Shown here: positions 39,898 to 49,174 of the stretch, in pieces
Layout: each line of letters starts with the position of its first letter
How positions within the stretch are numbered: the stretch's first letter is position 1
Made by a program: the position numbers and the translations under genes
The notes under the pieces: generated by a model
The model's input: the letters and a program-made list of their open reading frames with translations, nothing else
What the model was told of the DNA's origin: nothing
Database searches by the model: none
Source: an uncultured Smithella sp.
Lineage (GTDB): Bacteria; Desulfobacterota; Syntrophia; Syntrophales; Smithellaceae
Length of the DNA: 64,000 nt
NCBI GenBank assembly: GCA_964646755.1
Contig: CAZYIE010000006.1
Coordinates: 2,266 to 66,265 of the forward strand
Direction of reading: 5' to 3'

Positions 39898-40433
39898 TGA
39901 TCAAAACGATTTTCTCCGGTTTCGGTGGCCAAGGAGTATTAATGATGGGTTATAGTTTAGCCCACGGGGCAATGAGCCATGGTTATCACGTTACGTATCT
40001 TCCTGCTTACGGAGCGGAAGTTCGCGGTGGAACCGCCAACTGCACGGTCGCCGTTGCCGATGAGGAAATTACTTCTCCCGTGTCGTCGGAACCGGACAAC
40101 CTGATTGTAATGAACTCTCCGTCTCTGACTACATTTCAGAATAAAGTTACGCATGGCGGAATAATATTTTTAAATTCTTCCATAGTAGAGGCCCGTCCCA
40201 GCCGCCAGGACATTAAAGTCTATGCTGTTCCCTGCGGAGACATGGCCCAGGAAGTGGGCAACATTAGGGTAGCCAATATTATTATGATGGGCGCGTTCAT
40301 TAAAAAAACAGGTGTTGTTCCGGCGGATATTTACTTAAAGAGTCTCGAAACTATTATGGGCAGCAAGAAAAAAGCGGCAGCCGAAATTAACCGTAAGGCT
40401 TTTGCCGCTGGATATGATTTTGTAAAAGATTAA
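39894..40433 (+). CDS. korC: 2-oxoacid:ferredoxin oxidoreductase gamma subunit
   Basis: 179 aa with the motif GFGGQGVLMMG. Confidence 0.88.
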   Translation: MMIKTIFSGFGGQGVLMMGYSLAHGAMSHGYHVTYLPAYGAEVRGGTANCTVAVADEEITSPVSSEPDNLIVMNSPSLTTFQNKVTHGGIIFLNSSIVEARPSRQDIKVYAVPCGDMAQEVGNIRVANIIMMGAFIKKTGVVPADIYLKSLETIMGSKKKAAAEINRKAFAAGYDFVKD

Positions 40434-40447
40434 TAAGGATATTTAAC

Positions 40448-40879
40448 ATGGCTGTTAAACAAATTTCCGTATTGTTAGGCAACGTGCCAGGTTCTTTCGC
40501 CAAACTATCTCATATTCTGGATCTGGAAGACATCAGCACAAAAGCGGTCTCCGCTGCCAGCACGACCGGGAGCAGCATGGTTCGCCTGGTAGTTAACGAT
40601 CCCGACCGCGCCGCTGCTCTTTTGTCCAGTTATAATTTTAATTTCGAAATAACACCGGTTCTGGCGGCAGAAGTGCCTCTGCATACCGGTGGCATGAATG
40701 CTATATTAAAGCCCTTGTCCAACGCTGATATCAATATCCACTATCTTTACACAACCATCAATCGCATCGGTAAGGAAACAATTTTAATTCTTGGCGTCGA
40801 TAAACTCGAAGATGCCAAAGAAGTTCTGGAACAAAACTGGATCCATTTAATCGACGGAGAAATTTATTCCATTCCTTAA
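40448..40879 (+). CDS. ACT-domain protein
   Basis: 143 aa with two ACT-like halves. It follows the kor genes. Confidence 0.6.
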   Translation: MAVKQISVLLGNVPGSFAKLSHILDLEDISTKAVSAASTTGSSMVRLVVNDPDRAAALLSSYNFNFEITPVLAAEVPLHTGGMNAILKPLSNADINIHYLYTTINRIGKETILILGVDKLEDAKEVLEQNWIHLIDGEIYSIP

Positions 40880-40903
40880 ATCAGATAAATCGTAAAGCTG
40901 AAC

Positions 40904-41311
40904 ATGCCTGTTTCTGCCGAAAAAGAAAAAGCTATTGCCCAAAGAATGCTGGAGCTCGGAGTTTCCGAAAGTGATCTGAATGAGACTTTTGTCCGCTCAT
41001 CAGGCCCTGGCGGCCAAAAAGTTAACAAAACTTCTTCCTGCGTTCACTTGTTGCACGTCCCTACCGGCCTTGCCGTAAAATGCCAGCGGGAACGATCTCA
41101 ATCTTTAAACCGCCATTTAGCCAGACGTCTATTGTTGGATAAGATTGAGACAGCACAAAAAGGATTTGTGGAAGAAGAAAAAGAAAAGATCGAAAAAATC
41201 CGCCGTCAGAAAAGAAAACGATCCCGCCGGGCCAAAGAGAAAATTCTAACGGATAAACATCATCAAACGGAAAAAAAGGTTTTGCGCGGCAAAATCCCTC
41301 TTGAAGAATAA
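40904..41311 (+). CDS. arfB: ArfB-type peptidyl-tRNA hydrolase (GGQ domain, basic tail)
   Basis: 135 aa with the motif SSGPGGQKVNKTSS and a Lys/Arg-rich C-terminal tail. Confidence 0.8.
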   Translation: MPVSAEKEKAIAQRMLELGVSESDLNETFVRSSGPGGQKVNKTSSCVHLLHVPTGLAVKCQRERSQSLNRHLARRLLLDKIETAQKGFVEEEKEKIEKIRRQKRKRSRRAKEKILTDKHHQTEKKVLRGKIPLEE

Positions 41312-41398
41312 ATAACAACAAACAAAAAATTTTAAGTTCGCTTCGTTTGTGAAAAGAAGTGATGGTACTAACCCCGCTTCACTTCGTTGCGCGGGATA

Positions 41399-41450
41399 AG
41401 ATCATCTAATAAATTTCCATACGCTTTGCTTTGGAAATTTAAGATGATCT
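41399..41450. other. long imperfect hairpin
   Basis: AGATCATCTaaTAAATTTCCA-loop-TGGAAATTTAAGATGATCT. The stem is about 19 bp with a 2-nt bulge. Confidence 0.6.
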
Positions 41451-41489
41451 AAAAAAAGGGAGAGAAAGTCGATGTACGCTCCCCCTCCC
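41451..41489 (-). terminator. rho-independent terminator of atpE
   Basis: Minus strand: GGGGGAG-loop-CTCTCCC followed by T7. Confidence 0.65.
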
Positions 41490-41513
41490 TGATTTCTATA
41501 ATAGCAGTAGTGA

Positions 41514-41888
41514 TTAGCTGATAAACTTCATAAGCGGATTAGCATAAAGCACTATTAGCGCAATAACAAGTGCATAGATCGCCAGAGATTCAATCATCGC
41601 TAAACCAACCATCATGGTTAAGAGTATTTTCCCTTGTGCTTCCGGGTTTCTACCGACGGCATTGGTAGCACCATTCAAACCGGCTCCCATACCATTTCCT
41701 GTACCAATTGTTCCGAAAGCTATGGCCAGACCTGCTGCCAGCAAAGAGCATCCGATAACAATCGCTTTTGTGTAATCAACCGTCCCCGCCGGTACCGCCT
41801 GAGCTACTTCTTTCGCTGCGAAAACAAACGGAGCAGAAACAAGCACCAATACAATCGCCATTACTGTATATATCAAACTCTTTTTCAT
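41514..41888 (-). CDS. atpE: F-type ATP synthase subunit c with a signal-peptide-like N-terminal extension
   Basis: 124 aa. The C-terminal ~80 aa form a c-subunit hairpin with the Gly-rich helix GTIGTGNGMGAG, the loop GRNPE and the carboxylate in MIESLAIY. The N-terminus is MKKSLIYTVMAIVLVLVSAPFVFA-AKE. A strong SD (AAAGGAGG) precedes the start. Confidence 0.85.
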   Translation of the reverse strand: MKKSLIYTVMAIVLVLVSAPFVFAAKEVAQAVPAGTVDYTKAIVIGCSLLAAGLAIAFGTIGTGNGMGAGLNGATNAVGRNPEAQGKILLTMMVGLAMIESLAIYALVIALIVLYANPLMKFIS

Positions 41889-42102
41889 TTAAATCCTCCT
41901 TTAATATAATATGTAGCTGATTTAAAATCGCCCGCAATCATTATCCCTTCTTTTAGAACACGCCTCACGCCTCCTCTCTTTAATTTAACACCGCGGGGAT
42001 CTATGGTCTTATTTTTAGCGACGCTAAGAACAATTGTCAAGAAATATTTCCAACCACAAGCCATAACTTGATTTTATTTTCCAGGCAGGATAAAAGCCTT
42101 CT

Positions 42103-42570
42103 ATGGGAAAATTGACTGCTGCAGAAAAAAATGTTGCCCGTCTTATTCAGAGAGACATCCCTGTAGTAAACCGCCCTTTTCAGGAAACAGGCAAGGCCTG
42201 TGGTCAAAGCGAGGAGGAAGTTTTAAATATAACCAGACGCCTCCAGCAGGAAGGTTATATCCGCAGATTTGCCGCTATACTTCGTCATCAAAAAGCCGGC
42301 TATACCAGAAATGCGCTGATTGTCTGGTCGGTTCCACCGGATCAAATTGAGGAAGCAGGAAAAATCCTCTCAACGTTCCCTTTCATCTCCCATTGCTATG
42401 AAAGGAAGCCTGCCTTTCAAAATAAATATAATCTTTTTAGTATGCTGCACACGCAAAACGAGAATATAGAATTCATCATCAATCAAATGGCCCAGTCAAT
42501 AAACAGCTACGATTATTTAATTCTGGAAAGCCTTCAGGAATACAAAAAAATATCACCGGAGTACTTTTAA
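42103..42570 (+). CDS. siroheme decarboxylase subunit (AhbA/AhbB, NirDLGH family)
   Basis: 155 aa, Lrp/AsnC-like, with RPFQETG...EGYIRRFAAILRHQKAGY...CYER. Confidence 0.8.
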   Translation: MGKLTAAEKNVARLIQRDIPVVNRPFQETGKACGQSEEEVLNITRRLQQEGYIRRFAAILRHQKAGYTRNALIVWSVPPDQIEEAGKILSTFPFISHCYERKPAFQNKYNLFSMLHTQNENIEFIINQMAQSINSYDYLILESLQEYKKISPEYF

Positions 42571-43854
42571 ATGACTGCAATCAAAACAAATTATTTTACT
42601 GACGCCAGGCTTGTTATTGCCGGTGGCGTCAACTCCCCTGTTCGCGCCTGGCAATCGGTTGGCGGCGATCCTCTTTTTATCAGCCACGCCAGCGGCAGTA
42701 AAATCTGCGATGCCGCAGGCCGGGAATATATCGATTTTGTGCTTTCCTGGGGACCGATGATCTTGGGTCATGCTCATCCGGACGTTATTGACGCTATTTG
42801 CGACACTGCCCGGAAAGGAACAAGCTTCGGTGCACCGACCGAGGCGGAAACGCAAATGGCGCAACTAATCGGCTCAGCCATACCTTCGATGGAACTTGTG
42901 CGCATGACCAGCTCCGGAACGGAAGCGGCAATGACGGCAATTCGACTGGCCCGGGGCTACACCGGACGGAATATGATTATTAAATTTGACGGCTGCTACC
43001 ATGGCCATGCCGACTCCTTGCTGGTTCAAGCCGGATCGGGAGTTGCCACCTTGGGAATACCCGGATCCCCGGGCATCCCCGCATGCCTGGCCGAGCTGAC
43101 CATCAGCCTGCCATACAACAATATTGATACAGTGCATGAAGCTGTTGAGCGTTATGGATCACAACTGGCAGCAATTATCGTTGAACCGGTGGCGGGGAAC
43201 ATGGGTGTCGTAGAACCGCAGAATGGATTTTTAGCCAAGCTCAGAGAACTGACAACACGACACGGCATCGTTTTAATATTTGATGAAGTTATCACCGGTT
43301 TCCGTTTTGCTTTTGGCGGTTATCAGAATTTAATCGGGGTTAAACCCGACCTGACCTGCCTGGGTAAAATAATTGGCGGCGGTCTGCCCATAGGGGTTTT
43401 AGGAGGGAAAAAAGAAATAATGGAGGCACTTGCTCCCATAGGAAATGTTTACCAGGCCGGAACTTTATCGGGAAATCCCCTAGCCGTAAATGCCGGCTTA
43501 GCCACCCTTAATCTGCTCCAGGCAAAAGCTGATTCCTATGCTGAGATTGACAAAAGAACAGAGCAACTCTGCAGGGATTTGGAAAAAATCTTTTCTGCCA
43601 AAGGCATTCCCGTATGCATCAACCGCTTCCATTCCATGTTTACATTATTTTTTCAGGACGGCCCCGTTAATAATTTCCTTGACGCAAAAAAATCGGAGAC
43701 GTCTTTATTCGCCAAATTTTTCCATGGCATGATCAAGGAAGGCATTTGGCTGGCGCCATCGCAATTTGAAGCAAACTTCATCTCGTTTGCCCATACAAAT
43801 GCCGATATAGCTTTTACCCTCGAGGCTTGTGCAAACACATTAGAACATCTCTAA
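42571..43854 (+). CDS. hemL: glutamate-1-semialdehyde 2,1-aminomutase
   Basis: 427-aa class III aminotransferase with the motifs SGTEA, FDEVITGFR and LGKIIGGGLP. Confidence 0.95.
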   Translation: MTAIKTNYFTDARLVIAGGVNSPVRAWQSVGGDPLFISHASGSKICDAAGREYIDFVLSWGPMILGHAHPDVIDAICDTARKGTSFGAPTEAETQMAQLIGSAIPSMELVRMTSSGTEAAMTAIRLARGYTGRNMIIKFDGCYHGHADSLLVQAGSGVATLGIPGSPGIPACLAELTISLPYNNIDTVHEAVERYGSQLAAIIVEPVAGNMGVVEPQNGFLAKLRELTTRHGIVLIFDEVITGFRFAFGGYQNLIGVKPDLTCLGKIIGGGLPIGVLGGKKEIMEALAPIGNVYQAGTLSGNPLAVNAGLATLNLLQAKADSYAEIDKRTEQLCRDLEKIFSAKGIPVCINRFHSMFTLFFQDGPVNNFLDAKKSETSLFAKFFHGMIKEGIWLAPSQFEANFISFAHTNADIAFTLEACANTLEHL

Positions 43855-44006
43855 GGAAGCCAGTGGCCTATAGTTTGTTGGGAAGGCTGTCGCACAACAT
43901 TTACATTCGGGCATCTTTCTCACAGGAGCGGCTGTACCTGAATCAAGATGGGACAGGCTCTATACGTCCAGGGATAGGTCTCCTCAATATGCTCCATTCT
44001 CCCAAA

Positions 44007-44043
44007 GGGTTATATATTGCACCGGGTGTAATATATAACCCCC
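44007..44043. promoter_or_regulatory. near-perfect palindrome, candidate enhancer (UAS) site
   Basis: GGGTTATATATTGCACC-G-GGTGTAATATATAACCC(C). Its centre is about 113 bp upstream of the GG of the -24 element. Confidence 0.6.
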
Positions 44044-44136
44044 TCAAAATAAGTTCAGCATTTTTTAGCTTGGTTATACAAATTAATCATTAATAATTAC
44101 AAACACATTGCATTTATCACTCCTGCGTTTATCCTT

Positions 44137-44152
44137 TGGTATTCAAATTGCA
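44137..44152 (+). promoter_or_regulatory. sigma-54 -24/-12 promoter
   Basis: TGGTATTCAAATTGCA against the consensus TGGCAC-N5-TTGCA. GG and GC are separated by exactly 10 nt. Confidence 0.65.
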
Positions 44153-44326
44153 ATTACGCAAGTCGGAAAAGTACCGACTCAGTGCCGGGAAAATAACAGC
44201 TATTGGGATTAGTGAAATTTTATATACAAGCTAAGACAAAGCATATTTTAAATATGCTGGAAGTTCATCGAAGGCAAGTTGGAAATACTTAATTTAAAAG
44301 ACATTCTTTATCTGGAGGATTCTATC

Positions 44327-45520
44327 ATGGGCTTACTTACACGAATAAAAATGAGCATTTTGCTGGCAGGCGGAGAATTGATGAACGTCCCAATACCGGA
44401 GACATTTATCGGAGCAGGATCGCGTTCAAAGATTGGTGATTGGTGTAAGGAGCATGGATATAAACGGGCAATTATTATCATGGATAAAGTTGTAAAAGAG
44501 CTGGGCATAGCGGATAAAATGTTAGATTCCTTAAACAAAGCGGGGGTCATTTATCATATATATGATAATGTTTTGCCTAATCCAACGTTGAGCATGGGTA
44601 AGGAAGCAGCAGCAATCGGTAAAAACAACAATATTGATGTCGTTATCGCTATCGGCGGAGGTTCGCCAATAGATTGCGCTAAACTTACATCAGCTGCAAT
44701 CACAAGCAAAAAACCCATTAATAAATTGCTCGGAATGATGAAGGTCAGGCAAATGCCCTTGCCATTGATTGCAATTCCGACAACAGCAGGAACAGGCTCA
44801 GAAGTTAGCATGGGTGCAGTTATCAGTGATGATGTCACTCACATGAAATCAATCATGGCATCGCCAAAAATTGTTCCCAAATTAGCCGTGCTTGACGGTG
44901 AAACAATGACAGGATTACCAAAACAGTTGACAGCAGGGACAGGCTTTGACGCACTTACGCATGCCGTGGAAGCTTATATAGGTTTTCACTACAACGCAGA
45001 TGCAAAGCGTAACGCTGCGGAAGCCATTGCTGCCATTCTTAAATATCTCAAACGTGCATATGATAACGGCAGTGATCTTGAAGCACGAGACGCACTTGCT
45101 CTTGCATCTTACAAAGCGGGGCTGGCCATGAACAAATGTTCATTGGGATATGCACACGCTTTTGGACATCGGCTTACCGGATTTTACGATCTGCCGCACG
45201 GTATGGCAGTAGGAATGTTCTTGCCGCATGTGATTCAGTATAATAAAAAAGCAGCCGAAAAAGAGCTTGCCGAGCTTTCTGTTGCCTGTGGCCTTGGAAA
45301 AACCACAGATTCGAAAGACAGCCTGGCGGAAAAATTTGAAAAAAGCATTTTTAAATTGTACGACCAACTAAAACTGCCAAAGAAATTCGACAAACTTAAG
45401 AAGTCTGACTATGATCAGATTATTAAAGAAGCATTTAAAGAAGCCAATAGCACTTATGGAGTTCCAAAATATATGACAAGAAAAGAAGCGGTAGCGTTGC
45501 TGGATAAAATATTACCATAA
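44327..45520 (+). CDS. iron-containing alcohol dehydrogenase
   Basis: It has the motif GGGSPIDCAK and the His cluster (HAVEAY, HAFGH, HG). The start is ambiguous between TTG 44279 (track), ATG 44327 (GGAGG 8 nt upstream) and ATG 44381 (GGAG 5 nt upstream). Confidence 0.88.
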   Translation: MGLLTRIKMSILLAGGELMNVPIPETFIGAGSRSKIGDWCKEHGYKRAIIIMDKVVKELGIADKMLDSLNKAGVIYHIYDNVLPNPTLSMGKEAAAIGKNNNIDVVIAIGGGSPIDCAKLTSAAITSKKPINKLLGMMKVRQMPLPLIAIPTTAGTGSEVSMGAVISDDVTHMKSIMASPKIVPKLAVLDGETMTGLPKQLTAGTGFDALTHAVEAYIGFHYNADAKRNAAEAIAAILKYLKRAYDNGSDLEARDALALASYKAGLAMNKCSLGYAHAFGHRLTGFYDLPHGMAVGMFLPHVIQYNKKAAEKELAELSVACGLGKTTDSKDSLAEKFEKSIFKLYDQLKLPKKFDKLKKSDYDQIIKEAFKEANSTYGVPKYMTRKEAVALLDKILP

Positions 45521-45622
45521 AACTTTATATCATTAAGGACAATCCGAAAGTGGCCAGCGTTTAAATTATTGAACGAAGTTATGCAAATGTTGCATTTATT
45601 AAACTAATTCTGGGGGCAACCT

Positions 45623-47578
45623 ATGGCACATGGATACATGGGCAGAATTTTAATGGTAGATCTACAGGAAGGCACCTGCCTGGAGGAAGTAATTCCGGAT
45701 GAGGTGTATGAAAATTATCTGTCTGGAACCGGGCTGGCGGCGCGTATCCTGTTCGACCGGATACCGGCGGGGGCTGATCCTTTAGGTCCCGATAACATTC
45801 TGGGATTTATTTCCGGACTATTGACAGGAACGGGCAGCATGTTTTCAGGTCGGTGGAGCGTTGCCGCTAAATCCCCGCTCACCGGAACCTGGGGGGATGC
45901 CAACTGCGGCGGAACATTTTCGCCCGCTCTTAAGCGTTGCGGCTATGACGGCATTTTTTTCAAGGGTATCAGTCCGAGACCAGTTTATCTTCTGGTGGGA
46001 AACCGCAAGGCGCAGCTTCTGGATGCAACAGAGCTCTGGGGTAAGGACACCATTGAGACAGAAACAATTTTGACCGAGCGCCACAGCAGCCGCAGGCAGG
46101 CAAAAGTTGCGTGCATTGGTCAGGCCGGCGAGAAGATATCTTTGATCTCGGGTGTGTCCAATGATCGGGGAAGAATGGCTGCCCGCTCCGGCCTCGGCGC
46201 CGTAATGGGGTCCAAGCGACTCAAGGCTGTTGTCTGCAACGGCGTACTTCGGATCGGGGCATTTGACCGGGAAGAAATTAGCCGGCATTCCAAGAAATGC
46301 AGCAAGTTTGTTGTCAGCCCCGTTCCATTTATTAACGGTAAGGGCGCGGCCTTGCTGGGCAAGCTCCTTGGTTCGATCCCCGTCGCCATGGCCCAGAATC
46401 CTCTTCTCATGAAGATTATCAGCCGCAAATGGGGAACCTGCGCCATGAACCAATTGTCGCCGCAGATGGGCGATTCTCCCCTTCTGAACTGGAAGGGCAG
46501 CAGCAAGGACTGGACCATCGAACGTTCAAATTCGGTTAATCCCGACCTGATCGTGAGCCGGGAGAAGGTAAAATATCATTGCTACTCCTGTCCCATGGGC
46601 TGCGGCGGGATCTGCACCATGTCGGGGAAATACAGCGAGACTCACAAACCGGAATACGAAACCACCCTGGCTCTGGGTGGACTCTGCCTCAATGAAGATT
46701 CAGAGAGTATATTCTACCTGAATGAACTTCTTAACAGGGCTGGTATGGACACCATTTCCGTCGGCGGCACCGTGGCCTTCGCTATCGAATGTTACGAGCG
46801 TGGCGTCATCACGAAGGAAGACACGGGCGGGCTGGAGCTCACCTGGGGCAACAGTAAAGCTATCATTGCCCTGATCGAGAAGATGATCGCCCGGGAGGGG
46901 ATTGGTGATCTGCTGGCCGACGGGTCGCGAAAAGCTGCGGAACGGATCGGTCATGGTTCCATCGAATGGGCCATTCAGGCCGGCGGCCAGGAACTCCCCA
47001 TGCATGACGGTCGCAACGATCCCCTTTTCAGCGTCCATTACAGTGTTGACCCCACGCCCGGTCGTCATACCACGGGGGCATTCCTCTATTATGAATTCTT
47101 CCAGCTCTGGAAGGAGGCCAAAGATCTGCCCAAAGTACCCTTGATCAGCTCCAAAAACAGACGCTACATTGTCGATGATGAAAAAGCCGCCATGAGTGCG
47201 GCCATGAGTCAGTTCAAGCGTGTCATCGACGGGGCGGGCTTGTGCATGCTCGGCAGTACTCTCGGTATCCGGGCAGTACCTCTCTTCAAATGGCTGAACG
47301 CGGCGACGGGATGGCACAAGACACCGGAAGATTATCTGGAAATCGGGAGGCGTATTCAGACCCTTCAGCAGGCATTCAATGTCAAGCACGGTATAGAGCC
47401 GAAGGGCATGAAGATCAGTGAGCGGGCCATCGGGCGCCCGGCCCTGCTGGATGGTCCGAACCGCGGTCGGACATATGATCTTGAATCTATGATGAGTAAA
47501 TACTGGGAACGGTTTGGCTGGGATTCCCGGACCGGGAAGCCAACTGAGGATACAATGAGGAAATTGGGAATCCGTTAA
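45623..47578 (+). CDS. aor: aldehyde:ferredoxin oxidoreductase family (tungstopterin)
   Basis: 651 aa with the AOR N-domain (GYMGRILMVDL...SPLTGTWGDANCGG) and the cluster motif CYSCPMGC. Confidence 0.9.
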   Translation: MAHGYMGRILMVDLQEGTCLEEVIPDEVYENYLSGTGLAARILFDRIPAGADPLGPDNILGFISGLLTGTGSMFSGRWSVAAKSPLTGTWGDANCGGTFSPALKRCGYDGIFFKGISPRPVYLLVGNRKAQLLDATELWGKDTIETETILTERHSSRRQAKVACIGQAGEKISLISGVSNDRGRMAARSGLGAVMGSKRLKAVVCNGVLRIGAFDREEISRHSKKCSKFVVSPVPFINGKGAALLGKLLGSIPVAMAQNPLLMKIISRKWGTCAMNQLSPQMGDSPLLNWKGSSKDWTIERSNSVNPDLIVSREKVKYHCYSCPMGCGGICTMSGKYSETHKPEYETTLALGGLCLNEDSESIFYLNELLNRAGMDTISVGGTVAFAIECYERGVITKEDTGGLELTWGNSKAIIALIEKMIAREGIGDLLADGSRKAAERIGHGSIEWAIQAGGQELPMHDGRNDPLFSVHYSVDPTPGRHTTGAFLYYEFFQLWKEAKDLPKVPLISSKNRRYIVDDEKAAMSAAMSQFKRVIDGAGLCMLGSTLGIRAVPLFKWLNAATGWHKTPEDYLEIGRRIQTLQQAFNVKHGIEPKGMKISERAIGRPALLDGPNRGRTYDLESMMSKYWERFGWDSRTGKPTEDTMRKLGIR

Positions 47579-47632
47579 TTGCCCACCACACCCGCGTCCC
47601 GGTCATGTACGTCCAGTTGAAGGGAGGAATCG

Positions 47633-48040
47633 ATGTCGTTTATAATCAATGAGTCATGTAAAGGCTGCAATGCCTGTGTAAAGATCTGTCCAACCAAAGC
47701 GATAGCGGGCGAAAAGAAAGAGAGACATGTCATAGATGCCGTCCTTTGTATCGAATGCGGAGCCTGCGGCAGAACTTGCCCCGAAGGAAGTATAGAAAAT
47801 GAGCTCGGTCATGCCTGCCAGATGATCAAGCGTTCAGCCTGGCCGAAGCCGACATTGGACAAGAAGAAATGCTCTTCCTGCGGTATCTGCATCGATGCCT
47901 GTCCGGTTGGCTGCCTGGCACTTACCCAAGCAGGGGAAGATGGTATTCATCCCTATCCATATCTTCGGGACGCAAAAGTCTGCATTGCCTGTGAATTCTG
48001 CATGACCAGCTGTCCCAACGAAGCCATTAGTATGGTCTGA
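47633..48040 (+). CDS. ferredoxin with four [4Fe-4S] binding motifs
   Basis: 135 aa with four CxxCxxCxxxCP motifs. Confidence 0.88.
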   Translation: MSFIINESCKGCNACVKICPTKAIAGEKKERHVIDAVLCIECGACGRTCPEGSIENELGHACQMIKRSAWPKPTLDKKKCSSCGICIDACPVGCLALTQAGEDGIHPYPYLRDAKVCIACEFCMTSCPNEAISMV

Positions 48041-48112
48041 CGCAAATTACAGGCCCTGTTACATTATAAATTATTGATACTAGGATTTGACTTATAAAAA
48101 GAGGAGGAGAAG

Positions 48113-48982
48113 ATGACAGACATCAGCGGTAAGAAAGCCATTATAACCGGAGGTGCTATGGGTTATGGTCTTGCCACCTGCAAGGAATTGCTAAAGGCGG
48201 GATGCGACGTAACTATCTGGGACATGGCCGAGAAACAAATGCAGGATGCATTGGAAGAACTGAAAAAAATGAAACTGGGCAAGGTTTATGCCTATAAGTG
48301 CGATGTTTCGGATATAAAGAGAGTCAACGAACTTGTCGAACAGGCCAAAAAGGACATGGGCAGCGTGGATATTATGATCAACAACGCGGCGTATTTGAGA
48401 GTAGCCTATCTGGTCGACATGTCGATAAGTGACATTGTGAAACACACGGAAGTGAATGTTAATGCCCACTACTACACTATAAAGGCGGTTTTGCCCGACA
48501 TGATGGCTCGCAATTCCGGTTGGATAGTAAATATCTCCTCCGCGGCAGCCTTTGTAAGTATGGTGAGAGGAGTGCCCTATACATGCTCTAAATGGGCGGT
48601 GCATGGCATGTCTGATGCGCTGCGGCTCGAGATGAAAGCTCTGGGCAAGAATGGCGTCAAGGTCATGTCCGTACATCCGGGACTGGCTGCTGGCGGAAGC
48701 ATGTTTGCAGGAGCAAAAATGTCCAGGATAACATCCCTGATATTTCCGAAGGTAGAGCAAGCCGTTCTAGGCCAGCGCATTGTCAATGGTATCCGGAAGG
48801 GCAGGACCATGGTCTGCTGCCCGCGGAGCGGTTACCTCTTTTGGATGTCGCGAGGATGGGTGCCTAATTCTGTATATGACAGTCAACAGCAGTTACTGGG
48901 AATGTCCCAGTTCGCCGACACTATTGTGGGAAGGCCGGGCATGGCTCACACCGACGTAAAGGATCCTGGAAAAAAGTCCTAG
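48113..48982 (+). CDS. short-chain dehydrogenase/reductase
   Basis: 289 aa with TGGAMGYG, NNAA and the catalytic YTCSK. Confidence 0.85.
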   Translation: MTDISGKKAIITGGAMGYGLATCKELLKAGCDVTIWDMAEKQMQDALEELKKMKLGKVYAYKCDVSDIKRVNELVEQAKKDMGSVDIMINNAAYLRVAYLVDMSISDIVKHTEVNVNAHYYTIKAVLPDMMARNSGWIVNISSAAAFVSMVRGVPYTCSKWAVHGMSDALRLEMKALGKNGVKVMSVHPGLAAGGSMFAGAKMSRITSLIFPKVEQAVLGQRIVNGIRKGRTMVCCPRSGYLFWMSRGWVPNSVYDSQQQLLGMSQFADTIVGRPGMAHTDVKDPGKKS

Positions 48983-49059
48983 AATTAAGCAGAGACTAAG
49001 GAATAAACCAGCGGGTATTTACGGTGATGTACCAGTAGTTTTTTTAGAAATTGCCTTTG

Positions 49060-49103
49060 GGCTTAGTGCGGAAACAACAGACTATATTTTTCCGCACTAA
49101 GCC
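49060..49103. terminator. hairpin terminator between the convergent operon ends
   Basis: GGCTTAGTGCGGAAA-loop-TTTCCGCACTAAGCC, a 15-bp stem. Confidence 0.7.
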
Positions 49104-49174
49104 GATAACCTCGATGCACAAATCTTTTATCAAAAACACTTTATTTCACGTGTTAATACCTCTTGCAGCAAAGG

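Larger units (their letters stand above)
43935..44265 (+). promoter_or_regulatory. regulatory module A (paralog of 62325-62685, inverted)
   Basis: By hand alignment it is about 75-80% identical to the reverse complement of 62325-62685. The similarity covers the palindrome, an AT-rich spacer, the -24/-12 element and about 110 nt of leader. Confidence 0.75.

Noticed and set aside
43827-44093. An 88-aa ORF, and the 67-aa ORF at 62515-62718, which share the peptide GLYIAPGVIYNPL. This could look like a conserved small protein.
   Set aside because: The shared peptide is simply the translation of the palindromic enhancer-like core, which reads the same on the plus strand in both modules. Outside it the two ORFs are unrelated, and neither has an SD.
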